From the NCBI GenBank assembly GCA_026416975.1, contig JAOAEC010000001.1:1-57384 (forward strand): DNA of 57,384 nucleotides, given 5' to 3'. Of the stretch, positions 26,193 through 36,097 are shown in pieces; position 1 is the stretch's first letter, and each line of letters opens with the position of its first letter. Under the pieces are notes generated by a model that was given only the letters and a program-made list of their open reading frames with translations, had not been told where the DNA came from and did no database searches. The position numbers and the translations under genes are program-made. Origin of the DNA: Patescibacteria group bacterium (GTDB lineage: Bacteria; Patescibacteriota; Microgenomatia; UBA1406; GWC2-37-13).

Positions 26193-26947
26193 TTAATTTA
26201 AAAAGTGAAAAAGAAATTGCTTTAATGAAAGAAGGAGGTAAAAGATTAAGAAAGGTGGTGGCCGAATTGATTTTTTTTTGTCAAGAAGGAAAAACAACTA
26301 AGGAAATTGACGAAAAAGCGGAAGAGTTAATAAAAAAAATGGGCGGTGAGCCGTCTTTTAAAAAAGTAAAAAATTATTTTTGGTCAACTTGTTTGTCAGT
26401 TAACGAACAAATTGTTCACACACCTCCTTCAGAAAGAGTATTAAAAAAAGGTGATTTATTAACCTTAGATGTTGGTTTTTATTATCAGGGTTTTCATACT
26501 GATTTTTCCACCTCTTTTTTAATAGGAAAATTAGAAAGAGAAGATGATAAAATAGAAAGATTTTTAAAAGTAGGGAAGATTACTTTACAAAAAGCAATAT
26601 CTCAGGTAAAGGAAAATAATCGGATTGGCGATATTTCTGAGACAATTGAAAAAGAGATTTACAAAAATGGTTATTATGTGATAAAAAGATTAACTGGTCA
26701 TGGGATTGGAAAAGAGTTGCACGAAGAACCAATGATAGCGGGTTTTTTATTAGGGAAAAAAGAAAATACTCCTTTAATTAAAAAAGGATTAACGATTGCA
26801 ATTGAAGTTATTTATTCAATGGGAACAGAAGAAATGATTTACGAAAAAGACAATCATTGGTCTTTAGTAACGAGAGATAAAAGCTTATCCGCTTGTTTTG
26901 AACATACTGTGGCATTAACCGATAAAGGAGTGATAATTTTAACATAG
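26189..26947 (+). CDS. map: Methionine aminopeptidase, type I
   Basis: The metal-ligand pattern is LTLDVG....G.H.D ... GHGIG...HE ... IAIEV ... FEHT. Confidence 0.93.
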   Translation: MINLKSEKEIALMKEGGKRLRKVVAELIFFCQEGKTTKEIDEKAEELIKKMGGEPSFKKVKNYFWSTCLSVNEQIVHTPPSERVLKKGDLLTLDVGFYYQGFHTDFSTSFLIGKLEREDDKIERFLKVGKITLQKAISQVKENNRIGDISETIEKEIYKNGYYVIKRLTGHGIGKELHEEPMIAGFLLGKKENTPLIKKGLTIAIEVIYSMGTEEMIYEKDNHWSLVTRDKSLSACFEHTVALTDKGVIILT

Positions 26948-26981
26948 ATTTAAAAAAAATTTATGTTAAAATATAATTTTT

Positions 26982-27197
26982 ATGAAAGAAAAACCAATTG
27001 TGGTTGAAGGAGAAGTAGTAGAAAATTTACCTAATACTTTATTTCGTGTTAAACTTTTTGAAAGTGAAAGGATAATTTTGTGTTATTTATCAGGAAAAAT
27101 GAGAAAAAATTTTATTAAAATTTTACCTGGTGATAGGGTAAAAGTTGAAATAACTCAATATGACCCTAATCGGGGAAGAATAGTTTATCGAAAATAA
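26982..27197 (+). CDS. infA: Translation initiation factor IF-1
   Basis: It has EG.VVE.LPN..FRVKL......[23 protein letters not shown]...YD..RGRI.YR. Confidence 0.95.
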   Translation: MKEKPIVVEGEVVENLPNTLFRVKLFESERIILCYLSGKMRKNFIKILPGDRVKVEITQYDPNRGRIVYRK

Positions 27198-27199
27198 AA

Positions 27200-27313
27200 A
27201 TGAAAGTAAGAGCGTCAATTAAAAAAATTTGTCCTAAATGTCAATTAGTAAAAAGAAAAGGTCGATTGTATATTATTTGTTCTAATCCCAAACATAAACA
27301 AAAACAGGGATAA
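27200..27313 (+). CDS. rpmJ: 50S ribosomal protein L36; absent from the supplied ORF track
   Basis: Manual translation gives [37 protein letters not shown]. Confidence 0.92.
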   Translation: MKVRASIKKICPKCQLVKRKGRLYIICSNPKHKQKQG

Positions 27314-27320
27314 AAAAATT

Positions 27321-27731
27321 ATGATAAGAATATTAGGGGTAGTTTTACCAGATAATAAAAGAATAGATTATGCCTTAACTCTTTTATATGGTATTGGTTG
27401 GTCTAACTCATTTAAAATTTTAGAGACATTAGGTATTGAAAAAAGTAAAAAAGTTAAGGATCTAAAAGAGGAAGAGGTAAAAAAAATTATTGATTTATTG
27501 GAAAAAAAATATAAAGTTGAAGGAGATTTAAGGCAAGAGATAACGGAAAACATTAAAAGATTAAAAGAAATTGGTTGTTATCGAGGAATTAGACATATTA
27601 GAAATTTACCGGTGAGAGGACAGCGAACTAGGTCAAATGCGAGAACAAAAAGAGGAAAAAGAAAAACTGTTGGTGCTTTAAAAAAAGAAGCTTGGGCAAA
27701 AATAGAGACGCAAAAAACTAAACAAGAATAA
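27321..27731 (+). CDS. rpsM: 30S ribosomal protein S13
   Basis: It has RILGV.LP..KRI..ALT.LYGIG ... IGCYRG.RH...LPVRGQRT..NART. Confidence 0.95.
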   Translation: MIRILGVVLPDNKRIDYALTLLYGIGWSNSFKILETLGIEKSKKVKDLKEEEVKKIIDLLEKKYKVEGDLRQEITENIKRLKEIGCYRGIRHIRNLPVRGQRTRSNARTKRGKRKTVGALKKEAWAKIETQKTKQE

Positions 27732-27751
27732 AAATAATTTTTTAATCATTT

Positions 27752-28126
27752 ATGAAAAAAAAACAGATAAAAAAACAGATTGAAAAAGGAAGAATTTATA
27801 TAACAGCCACTTTCAATAATACCTTAATTACGGTAACTGATGAGAAGGGAAATCCGGTGGTAGTTGGATCAGCCGGAAGGTATGGTTTTTCTGGAACAAG
27901 AAAATCTACTCCCTATGCGGCAACAATTGTGACTGAAGCCACGCTGAAAAAAGCAATTAACGAACATAGTTTAAAGATTGCCAATGTTTTTGTAAAAGGA
28001 ATTGGTCCGGGTAGGGAAGCGGCTTTGAGAGTAATCAAAGAGTTTGACATTGATGTGGAAAAATTAGTTGATATTACACCAGTTCCTCATAATGGTGTTA
28101 GACCATCAAAAATAAGAAGAGTGTAA
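27752..28126 (+). CDS. rpsK: 30S ribosomal protein S11
   Basis: It has G...I.ATFNNTLITVTD..GN ... G..GF.G.RKSTPYAA ... V.VKG.GPGREAA.R ... D.TP.PHNG.RP.K.RR. Confidence 0.95.
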   Translation: MKKKQIKKQIEKGRIYITATFNNTLITVTDEKGNPVVVGSAGRYGFSGTRKSTPYAATIVTEATLKKAINEHSLKIANVFVKGIGPGREAALRVIKEFDIDVEKLVDITPVPHNGVRPSKIRRV

Positions 28127-28160
28127 TAAAAATTAAAAATTAAAAATAGAAATTAGAAAT
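28127..28160. repeat. A-rich tandem heptanucleotide array in the rpsK-rpsD spacer
   Basis: TAAAAAT x3 followed by AGAAATT AGAAAT fills the spacer. The GAAATTAGAAAT motif also occurs at 644-671. Confidence 0.65.
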
Positions 28161-28781
28161 ATGAGATATACGGGTCCAAGAAATAAGATTTCTCGAAGAG
28201 AGGGAATGGATTTGGGACTTAAAACACCAGGGGCTAAAGCTCATTCCAGTCTTCTTCGGAGAATTAATCTATTACCAGGACAACACGGGTTAAAAAAAAG
28301 AAAAAAAATTTCTGAAAGAGGCGAACAATTAAGAGAAAAACAAAAGTTAAGATATATTTTTGGAATAACTGAAAAACAGTTAAAAAAATATTTTAAAATT
28401 GCTTCAGAAAAAAAAGGCAATACTGCTTCTTATTTAGCCATTTTTTTAGAGAGAAGATTAGATAATATTGTTTATCGTTTAGGGTTTACACCAACAAGAG
28501 CATCGGCTAGACAGTTAGTTTCTCATGGTCATATCAAAGTAAACGATAAGATAATTAACATTCCTTCTTATCAAGTAAAAATTAATGATATAATTTCTCT
28601 TTTTAAAGAAAAAACTCAAAAGATTCCTTATATTCAAAAACAATTATCGATAAAAGAAATTATTTTGCCGTTTTGGTTGGAAAAAGAAGCTATGGTGGGT
28701 AAGTTAATTAGTCAACCTGATAGTAGTGAGATTGAAAAGCAGATAAATTTGAGATTAGTAATTGAATACTATTCTCGATAG
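28161..28781 (+). CDS. rpsD: 30S ribosomal protein S4
   Basis: It has MRYTGPR.K.SRREG.DL, an S4 RNA-binding domain (RLDNIVYRLGF..TR..ARQLV.HGHI.VN). Confidence 0.95.
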   Translation: MRYTGPRNKISRREGMDLGLKTPGAKAHSSLLRRINLLPGQHGLKKRKKISERGEQLREKQKLRYIFGITEKQLKKYFKIASEKKGNTASYLAIFLERRLDNIVYRLGFTPTRASARQLVSHGHIKVNDKIINIPSYQVKINDIISLFKEKTQKIPYIQKQLSIKEIILPFWLEKEAMVGKLISQPDSSEIEKQINLRLVIEYYSR

Positions 28782-28803
28782 TTATTATTTTTTTAAATTT
28801 TAT

Positions 28804-29730
28804 ATGATTAGTCCCAATTTTTATACCAAAAAAAAAGAAATTTCTTTTTCCGAGGCGCAATTTATTATTGAGCCATTACCGGAAAGTTTTGGTTATAGTT
28901 TAGGAAACGCCTTGCGGCGAACTCTTCTTTCTTCTTTAAAAGGAGCGGCAGTAACCCAGATAAAGATAAAAAACGCTCCTCATTTATTTATTCCTTTAAA
29001 GGGAGTGAAAGAGTCGGTATTGGAAATTGTTTTGAATATGAAACAGCTTCGATTTAAGTTTGAAGGTAAAGGTCCTTTTAAAATTGAGATTTCTGAAAAA
29101 GGAAGAAAGAAGATTTATGCCAAAGATATTCAAGGAGAAATAACAGTTATTAATAAAGATTTATATATTGCGGAAATTACTGATGAAAAAACCGAGTTGG
29201 AGATAGAAGCGATAGTGGAAACAGGAATTGGTTATTTAACTGCTGAAGAACAAGTAAAAAAAGAATTTGGTTATATTCCGGTGGATGCCTTTTTTTCACC
29301 AGTGAAAAAGGTTAATTTTGAGGTTGAACAGGCACGTGTTGGTCGAAAAAGCAATTTTGATCGATTAATATTAACCATTGTTACTGACGGCAGTTTTAAA
29401 CCAGAAGAGGCTTTAAGGCAAACATCTCTTCTTTTGTCAGATTATTTTGCTTATATTTTATCCGGTAAGGATGTTTTTAAGGAAAAAACTGCGGAGGAAA
29501 TAATTTTAGAAAAAAAAGAGGATATTGATAATAAATTTAAAGAGATTATTATTGATGAATTAGGGTTACCTTCAAGAGTAATAAATGCCTTATTAAGAGA
29601 AAAAATAGAAACAGTAGCCGATTTAATTAAATTAGGAAGAGAAAAATTAGTAAAAATGAAGGGAGTAGGAAAAAAGTCAATTGAGTTAGTGGAAGAAGAG
29701 TTGAGGAAAATGGGGATTGAGATTAAATAA
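28804..29730 (+). CDS. rpoA: DNA-directed RNA polymerase subunit alpha
   Basis: It has IEPL..SFGYSLGNALRR.LLSSL.GAAVT, and a C-terminal HhH domain (LGLPSRVINAL...IETV.DL). The ATG at 28804 is preferred over the ORF start at 28762. Confidence 0.93.
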   Translation: MISPNFYTKKKEISFSEAQFIIEPLPESFGYSLGNALRRTLLSSLKGAAVTQIKIKNAPHLFIPLKGVKESVLEIVLNMKQLRFKFEGKGPFKIEISEKGRKKIYAKDIQGEITVINKDLYIAEITDEKTELEIEAIVETGIGYLTAEEQVKKEFGYIPVDAFFSPVKKVNFEVEQARVGRKSNFDRLILTIVTDGSFKPEEALRQTSLLLSDYFAYILSGKDVFKEKTAEEIILEKKEDIDNKFKEIIIDELGLPSRVINALLREKIETVADLIKLGREKLVKMKGVGKKSIELVEEELRKMGIEIK

Positions 29731-29750
29731 TTATTTTTTTCAAATAAAAT

Positions 29751-30218
29751 ATGAGGCATGGAGTAAAAAAAATAAAATTTAAATTCGGTAAGGATGCCAA
29801 TAAAATGCTTTTTAAAAAATTGGCGTTTAATTTTTTAACTAAAGGTAAGTTAACAACAACCTTAGCTAAAGCAAAAGTTTTAAAATCATATTTAGAGAAA
29901 TTATTGGAAAAAACTAAAGAATTAACTGGAGCCAATAAAAACTTTTTGTTAAAAAAAATAATTCCAAAAAAAAGATTAATTAATGCTTTGTTTACACAAG
30001 TTGGTCCGGCAATTAAAGAAAAAAAAGGTGGTTATTTGAGATTAATTAAACTAGGACGAAGAATGGGTGATGGAGCAGAAATGGCAAGAATTGAGTGGAC
30101 GGTTCCGATAGTGGTTGATTTGGAAAAGAAAAAGGAAGAGAAAAAAGAAAAAAATGAGACAAAAAAAGAAAAGAAAGAAATAACTGTAAAAAAAGTTAAA
30201 AAAACTATTAAAAAATAA
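29751..30218 (+). CDS. rplQ: 50S ribosomal protein L17 (Lys/Glu-rich C-terminal tail)
   Basis: It has MRHG ... L......G.L.TTLAKAK ... GGY.R..KLG.R.GD.AEMA.IE. Confidence 0.9.
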   Translation: MRHGVKKIKFKFGKDANKMLFKKLAFNFLTKGKLTTTLAKAKVLKSYLEKLLEKTKELTGANKNFLLKKIIPKKRLINALFTQVGPAIKEKKGGYLRLIKLGRRMGDGAEMARIEWTVPIVVDLEKKKEEKKEKNETKKEKKEITVKKVKKTIKK

Positions 30219-30229
30219 AAAATTAGACT

Positions 30230-30673
30230 ATGAAAACTTTAACGAAAGTAACTAAACCAGTTTCAGAAAAAGAAGTAAAAAGAGAGTGGTATTTAGTTGA
30301 TGTAAAAAACCAAATTTTAGGAAGAGTGGCAGGAAAAATTAGTCAATTGCTTCAGGGAAAACATAAGAAAAATTATGTTCCCTATTTAGATATGGGAGAC
30401 TATGTTGTGGTAGTTAATGCCAAAGAGATAAAAATAACTGGAAAAAAAGAAAAAACAAAGGTTTATACTCGATACTCAGGTTATCCTGGTGGTTTAAAAG
30501 AAATTCCATTTCAAAGAGTTTTAAAAGAGAAGCCGGAAGAAATAATTAAACATGCGGTTTCGGGGATGTTACCAAAAAATAAATTGAGAGATAAAAGATT
30601 AAAAAGATTATTTATTTTTACTGACGAAAAACATCCTTATCAGAAGAAAATTAAAATTAGTTTAAAATCATAA
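30230..30673 (+). CDS. rplM: 50S ribosomal protein L13
   Basis: It has REWYLVD...Q.LGR.A..I...L.GKHK..Y.P..D.GD.VVV.NA..I..TGKK. Confidence 0.94.
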   Translation: MKTLTKVTKPVSEKEVKREWYLVDVKNQILGRVAGKISQLLQGKHKKNYVPYLDMGDYVVVVNAKEIKITGKKEKTKVYTRYSGYPGGLKEIPFQRVLKEKPEEIIKHAVSGMLPKNKLRDKRLKRLFIFTDEKHPYQKKIKISLKS

Positions 30674-30677
30674 AAAT

Positions 30678-31151
30678 ATGGAAAGAAAACCAAAAGAAAT
30701 TAATTATTATGAAGCAGTAGGAAGAAGGAAAGAAGCAGTGGCGAGAGTGAGATTATATTTAGTAAAAAAATCGGGTGAAATTATGATAAAGAATTATTTT
30801 ATCAAGACTCCTTTTAAAATAAAAAAAGGAGAAATTTATGTTAATGGTGTTTTAATTGAAAAAATTTTTCCTCACTCAGAAGAGAGAGAAAGATATTTAT
30901 TACCTTTAAAAATTACTAATAATGAAGACAGATTTGCTATTTCTATTTTGGTAAGAGGTGGTGGAAAAAATGGTTGGTTGGAAGCAATTATTCATGGTTT
31001 AGCCAGGGCGATAGAAAAAGTAGATAAAACCCAATATCGACCAATTCTTAAAAAACATGGTCTTTTAACTCGCGATCCTCGGGCTAAAGAAAGAAGAAAG
31101 GTTGGTACTGGTGGTAAAGCAAGAAGAGAAAAACAGTCGCCCAAGCGATAA
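30678..31151 (+). CDS. rpsI: 30S ribosomal protein S9 (with an internal insertion)
   Basis: It has GRRKEAVARVRL ... GGG..G...AI.HGLARA ... G.LTRD.R.KERRK.G..GKARR..Q.PKR. Confidence 0.93.
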   Translation: MERKPKEINYYEAVGRRKEAVARVRLYLVKKSGEIMIKNYFIKTPFKIKKGEIYVNGVLIEKIFPHSEERERYLLPLKITNNEDRFAISILVRGGGKNGWLEAIIHGLARAIEKVDKTQYRPILKKHGLLTRDPRAKERRKVGTGGKARREKQSPKR

Positions 31152-31184
31152 AGAAATTCGTTTTTAAACTGATATAATATTTTT

Positions 31185-32057
31185 ATGGTTAATCTTTCGG
31201 TTATCATTCCTTCTTTCAACACAAAAGAGATTCTTAAAAAATCATTGTTGAAATTAAAGAAAAATCTAAAAAATTATCCTTATTTTAAAACGGAGATTAT
31301 TGTAGTTGACAATCATTCTTTAGATGGTAGCCAAGATTTTCTTAAAAAATATTCAGGAATTAAATTGATTGTTAATAAAGAAAATCTTGGTTTTGCTAAA
31401 GCTATTAATCAGGGAATTAAAAAAGCTCAAGGTCAATATCTTTTGTTTCTAAACTCTGATGTTTTGGTGAAAAGAATTAATTTTCCTGATTTGGTTTTTT
31501 TCTTAGAAAAATATCCTTCAATAGCGGGATTAACAGTTAAAATAGTTTTAGAAGATGGAAAACTTGATTTAGCTTGTCATCGAGGTTTTCCTACCTTATG
31601 GCGATCATTTTGTTATTTTTCTGGATTGGAAAAACTTTTTTGGTCGATTCCTCTATTTAATAAAATTTTTGGCGGTTATCACTTAGTTAATAAAGATTTT
31701 GACACCCTTCACGAGATTGATTCACCTTCCGGGGCTTTTTATTTAGTAAAAAAAAGTATTATTGATGAGGTGGGTGGTTTTGATGAGGATTTTTTTATGT
31801 ATGGTGAGGATTTGGACCTCTCTTTTAGAATTAAAAAAGCTGGTTATAAAATTTTTTATTACCCTTTATATGAAGTTTTACATTTAAAATATCAAAGCGG
31901 TTTAAAAAATGAAGATGAAAAATTAAAAAAACAGACAAAGAAACATTTTTATCAAGCAATGAAGATTTTTTATAAAAAACATTATGCGAAAAATCAATGT
32001 TCGTTTGTTAATAAAATAGTTTATTGGTTAATTGATTGGGAAAAAAGGTGTTTATGA
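31185..32057 (+). CDS. Family 2 glycosyltransferase
   Basis: It has LSVIIPSFNTKE, VVDN.S.DGS, LFLNSDV and GEDLDLSFR. Confidence 0.8.
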   Translation: MVNLSVIIPSFNTKEILKKSLLKLKKNLKNYPYFKTEIIVVDNHSLDGSQDFLKKYSGIKLIVNKENLGFAKAINQGIKKAQGQYLLFLNSDVLVKRINFPDLVFFLEKYPSIAGLTVKIVLEDGKLDLACHRGFPTLWRSFCYFSGLEKLFWSIPLFNKIFGGYHLVNKDFDTLHEIDSPSGAFYLVKKSIIDEVGGFDEDFFMYGEDLDLSFRIKKAGYKIFYYPLYEVLHLKYQSGLKNEDEKLKKQTKKHFYQAMKIFYKKHYAKNQCSFVNKIVYWLIDWEKRCL

Positions 32058-33157
32058 AAAAGATAGGAATTGATGCCAGACTTTATCAACAAACTGGGAT
32101 TGGTGTTTATCTACAAAATCTTCTCTATTATTTAGACAAGAGAGCGCCGGATGATATTTGTTTTTATGTTTACTTATTAAAACAAGATAAAGATAAAATA
32201 GTTTTTAAGAGAAAAAATTTTGTTAAAAGAGAGGCTAATTTTTACTGGCATTCTTTTTCTGAACAGATTTTTTTTACTAAATTGTTGATTATCGATAATT
32301 TAGACTTGGCTCATTTTACCTATTTTAGCTACCCAATTTTTTATCAAAAAAAATTTATGGCAACGGTTCATGATTTAACTCCTCTTTTATTTAGAACCGG
32401 TCAATCTTCAGCCAAAAGTCAATTAGTTTATTTTTTTAAACATTTAGCTTATCAAATAGTTTTATCTTCTCAAGTAAAAAAAGCAAAGGTAATTTTAACC
32501 CCGACTTTTTCTGTTAAAAATGAAATTGTTAGGATTTTTGGTAAAAAATACTTATCAAAAACTATACCTATCTATGAAGGGGTTAATTATAAGTTAAAAA
32601 CAATCAAACCAATTAAACCCAGGTTTATAAACACCGATCAAGACGATTTTTTTATTTATGTAGGCAATTTTTATCCTCATAAAAATGTCCAGCGATTGAT
32701 TGAGGTTTTTTTAAAAAATCATTTTTCCCAGAAATTAATTTTATTAGGGCCAAATGATTTTTTTTCTCAAAAATTAATGAAAAAGTTTAATCTTAAAGAA
32801 AAAAATGAAAAAATTATTTTTTATTTTAATCCTTCTTTATCAGAATTAGTTTATTGTTATCAAAAGGCTTTGGCGTTAATTCATCCTTCTTTTTCTGAAG
32901 GATTTGGTTTACCTCTTTTGGAAGCGGCTTATTTTAACTGTCCTATTATTGCTTCAAATATTGCTGTTTTTCAAGAGATTTTGGGAAAAAATTTTATTAG
33001 TTTTAATCCTAACGATAATAATGATATAAAAGCAAAAATTGATTTTTTTTTAAAAAGAAGACCAAGATTTAATTATTCTTTATTAATAAAAAAATTTTCC
33101 TTTGAAAAAATGACTCAAGAAACATTAAAAGTTTACCAACAATTACTGAATAATTAA
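32054..33157 (+). CDS. Family 4 (GT-B, group 1) glycosyltransferase
   Basis: The C-terminal motif is PS.SEGFGLPLLEA. The ATG at 32054 overlaps the preceding stop (ATGA). Confidence 0.78.
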   Translation: MKKIGIDARLYQQTGIGVYLQNLLYYLDKRAPDDICFYVYLLKQDKDKIVFKRKNFVKREANFYWHSFSEQIFFTKLLIIDNLDLAHFTYFSYPIFYQKKFMATVHDLTPLLFRTGQSSAKSQLVYFFKHLAYQIVLSSQVKKAKVILTPTFSVKNEIVRIFGKKYLSKTIPIYEGVNYKLKTIKPIKPRFINTDQDDFFIYVGNFYPHKNVQRLIEVFLKNHFSQKLILLGPNDFFSQKLMKKFNLKEKNEKIIFYFNPSLSELVYCYQKALALIHPSFSEGFGLPLLEAAYFNCPIIASNIAVFQEILGKNFISFNPNDNNDIKAKIDFFLKRRPRFNYSLLIKKFSFEKMTQETLKVYQQLLNN

Positions 33158-33172
33158 ATTTTTATTTTATTA

Positions 33173-34315
33173 ATGAAAATTGCTATTGTTTATGATTGGA
33201 TTGATAAATGGGGTGGAGTGGAAAGGGTTCTTTTAACTTTAGCTGAGATTTTTCCTCAAGCAATTTTTTATACTTCATACTATGATGAAAAAAGGGCTGT
33301 TTGGGCAAAAAAATTAAAAATAAGAACATCTTTTATTCAAAAACTACCTAACCTAATTAAGAAAAATCGGATTTTATCTCTTCCTTTTTATCCATTTGCT
33401 TTTGAAAGCTTTAATTTTAATGAATTTGATCTGGTGATTTCTATTTCTTCTTCTTTTGCTAAGGGGATTATTACCAAACCAAAAACTAAACATATTACTT
33501 ATTTATTAACACCAACAAGATTTTTATGGACACATCCGGAAGATTATCAAAAAAAGTTTAAAAATTTTTGGCCAATAAGCTCATATTTGGTTTATTTAAA
33601 AAAATGGGATTTAATCGCCAGTCAAAGACCTGATAAAATAATTGCTATTTCTAAAACAGTTAAAGAACGCTGTTTAAAATATTATCAACGAGAAAGTGAG
33701 GTTATTTATCCACCATTTGATATTGATTATTGGCAAAAAAAAGAAGAGGAGATGAAAAGAAATAACCAGATTTTTAATGAAAAATTTAAAATTAAAAACG
33801 ACGATTTTTATTTATTGGTTTCTCGTTTAGAACCATATAAGAAAACATTTTTGGCAATTAAAGTTTTCAACCAAATAAAAAAGCATTTAATAATAATTGG
33901 GGAAGGAAGCGAGGAAAGATATTTAAGAAAAATCGCTAAAGGCAATATTCAATTTTTTAAAAACCTAGCTGATGAAGAATTAGCTTATTTTTATTCAAAA
34001 GGTCAAGGATTAATTGTTCCTCAAGAAGAAGATTTTGGTTATGTTGCTTTAGAAGGTCAGTTTTTTAATTGTCCGATAATTGCTTTTAAAAAAGGAGGTT
34101 TAAAAGAAACAGTCATTAATGGACAAACAGGCATTTTTTTTGACAAACAAGAGGAAACTTATTTAATAAAGGCGGTTGAAAGATTTGAGAAGATAAAGTA
34201 CAATTTAAAAAAAACCATAAAGGATAAAAAAAATATTATTTTTAATAAGTTTAATAAAAAAAGATTTATTGAGAGTTTTTTAAAAACGATTTCTAATTTT
34301 ACCAATTTTATATGA
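33173..34315 (+). CDS. Family 4 (GT-B, group 1) glycosyltransferase
   Basis: It has VSRLEPYKK ... EDFGYVALEGQ ... P.IAF..GG..ETV..G.TG. Confidence 0.75.
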   Translation: MKIAIVYDWIDKWGGVERVLLTLAEIFPQAIFYTSYYDEKRAVWAKKLKIRTSFIQKLPNLIKKNRILSLPFYPFAFESFNFNEFDLVISISSSFAKGIITKPKTKHITYLLTPTRFLWTHPEDYQKKFKNFWPISSYLVYLKKWDLIASQRPDKIIAISKTVKERCLKYYQRESEVIYPPFDIDYWQKKEEEMKRNNQIFNEKFKIKNDDFYLLVSRLEPYKKTFLAIKVFNQIKKHLIIIGEGSEERYLRKIAKGNIQFFKNLADEELAYFYSKGQGLIVPQEEDFGYVALEGQFFNCPIIAFKKGGLKETVINGQTGIFFDKQEETYLIKAVERFEKIKYNLKKTIKDKKNIIFNKFNKKRFIESFLKTISNFTNFI

Positions 34316-35397
34316 AAATAGTAATTTTTATTGGTGGTGCTGGTACCCGGCTTTGGCCGTTATCACGAAAGAAAAATCCTAAACAGTTTGAAAAAATTAT
34401 TGGTAACAAATCAACAGCCCAATTAACAATAGAAAGGCTTTTACCAGATTTTAAAAAAGAAGATATTTATATTTCTACCAATGCTATTTACGAAAAAATT
34501 GTTAGAACTCAATTACCGCAAATTCCTAAAAGTAACTTTATTTTTGAACCAGAAAAAAAAGATGTTGGCCCGGCAATTGCTTTGGTAGCAGGTATTTTTA
34601 CTCGACTTTATTCTAAAGAACCAATGTTAATTTTATGGGGTGATCATTTTATAAAAAATTCAAAAATTTTTAAAAAAGCAATTAAAACAGGAATTAATTG
34701 GATAAGAAATGATCCTCAAAAAATTATTTTTTTAGCTAATAGACCGCGATTTGCCAGTGTTAATTTGGGTTACATTCATTTGGGAAAAGAGATAAAAAAA
34801 TTTAATGATTTATCTGTTTTTTCTTTTGAGGGATTTAAGTATCGACCTGATAAAGAGACGGCGGAAGAATATCTTAAATCAAAAAAATACGCTTGGAATT
34901 TAGGTTATTTTATTACTACACCAAACTTTATTTATAAAGCTTATCAACGTTTTGCTCCTAATATTTATAACAATACAGAGAAAATTTTAAGATTTTATGG
35001 GAAGAAGGAATACGATTCCGTATTAAAAAAAGAATATAGTAAGGTAGAAAGCATAAATTTTGATAATGCTATTTTGGAAAATTTGGATAAAAGAGAAGCG
35101 TTAGTTATTTCAGGCGAGATGGGATGGAGTGATTTAGGTGCTTGGGAAGCAGTTAAAGAGGCTTTAGAAGGTTCTTCTTTAGAAAATGTTATTAAAGGAA
35201 ATGTTTATTTAGAAGAGGTTAGAGATTCGTTGGTTTATAATTTGGAAGAAAAAAAATTAGTTGTTGGGTTAGATTTAAACGAAATGATAATCGTTAATAC
35301 CAAAGATGCCCTTCTTGTTACAAAAAAAATGGCAGTTAATAAATTGCAAAAGTTGGTAAAAAATTTAGAGAAAAGCCAATATAAAGAATTAATTTAA
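34312..35397 (+). CDS. Mannose-1-phosphate guanylyltransferase-like sugar nucleotidyltransferase
   Basis: The N-terminal motif is GGAGTRLWPLSRKKNPKQF. There is no cupin/PMI C-terminal domain. Confidence 0.75.
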   Translation: MKIVIFIGGAGTRLWPLSRKKNPKQFEKIIGNKSTAQLTIERLLPDFKKEDIYISTNAIYEKIVRTQLPQIPKSNFIFEPEKKDVGPAIALVAGIFTRLYSKEPMLILWGDHFIKNSKIFKKAIKTGINWIRNDPQKIIFLANRPRFASVNLGYIHLGKEIKKFNDLSVFSFEGFKYRPDKETAEEYLKSKKYAWNLGYFITTPNFIYKAYQRFAPNIYNNTEKILRFYGKKEYDSVLKKEYSKVESINFDNAILENLDKREALVISGEMGWSDLGAWEAVKEALEGSSLENVIKGNVYLEEVRDSLVYNLEEKKLVVGLDLNEMIIVNTKDALLVTKKMAVNKLQKLVKNLEKSQYKELI

Positions 35398-35401
35398 AAG
35401 T

Positions 35402-36064
35402 ATGAAAAATTTTTTTTACGGTCAAAGATATCAAAAATTTTTAAAAAGAGTGGTTGATATTTTTGGTTCTTTATTTCTTTTATTATTTTTTTCCCCAATT
35501 TGTTTTTTTATTGCTCTAGCAATAAAACTAACCTCTAAAGGACCAATTTTTGCCGATGTTCCAGAAAGAGTGGGCCAGAATGGAAAAAAATTTAAAATGT
35601 ATAAATTTCGTTCAATGATGGTTAATGCTCATTATCTTTTACGAAGTGATCCGCGTTTTAAAAAATTATTTGAAGAGTATAAAAAAGGAAGTTACAAATT
35701 AAGAAACGATCCTCGAGTAACATTGGTGGGAAGATTTATTCGCAAACATTCTTTAGATGAAATACCTCAACTTTTAAATGTTTTAAAAGGAGAGATGAGT
35801 TTGGTGGGACCAAGAGCTTATTATCCAGACGAATTGGAGAATCAGAAAAAAAAGTTTCCTCAAGTGGCTAAATTAGTAAAAAAAGTTTTATCGGTTAAGC
35901 CAGGAATTACTGGTTTATGGCAGGTAAGCGGTCGTTCAGAGATTAACTTTGATAAAAGAATTATTATTGATGCTTCTTACGTTGATAATATATCATTATT
36001 GTTAGACTTAAAAATTATTTTAAAAACACCTAAAGTAATGTTAACCGGCGATGGCGCAGTATAA
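35402..36064 (+). CDS. Small monotopic polyprenyl-phosphate glycosyl-1-phosphate transferase (bacterial sugar transferase, PglC/WbaP C-terminal type)
   Basis: It has KRVVDIFGS...LL..SP, KGPIF, F.MYKFRSM, DE.PQL.NVLKGEMSLVGPR and PG.TGLWQV. Confidence 0.85.
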   Translation: MKNFFYGQRYQKFLKRVVDIFGSLFLLLFFSPICFFIALAIKLTSKGPIFADVPERVGQNGKKFKMYKFRSMMVNAHYLLRSDPRFKKLFEEYKKGSYKLRNDPRVTLVGRFIRKHSLDEIPQLLNVLKGEMSLVGPRAYYPDELENQKKKFPQVAKLVKKVLSVKPGITGLWQVSGRSEINFDKRIIIDASYVDNISLLLDLKIILKTPKVMLTGDGAV

Positions 36065-36097
36065 AGGAGTTAAAAATTAAAATCATAAATTAAAAAA

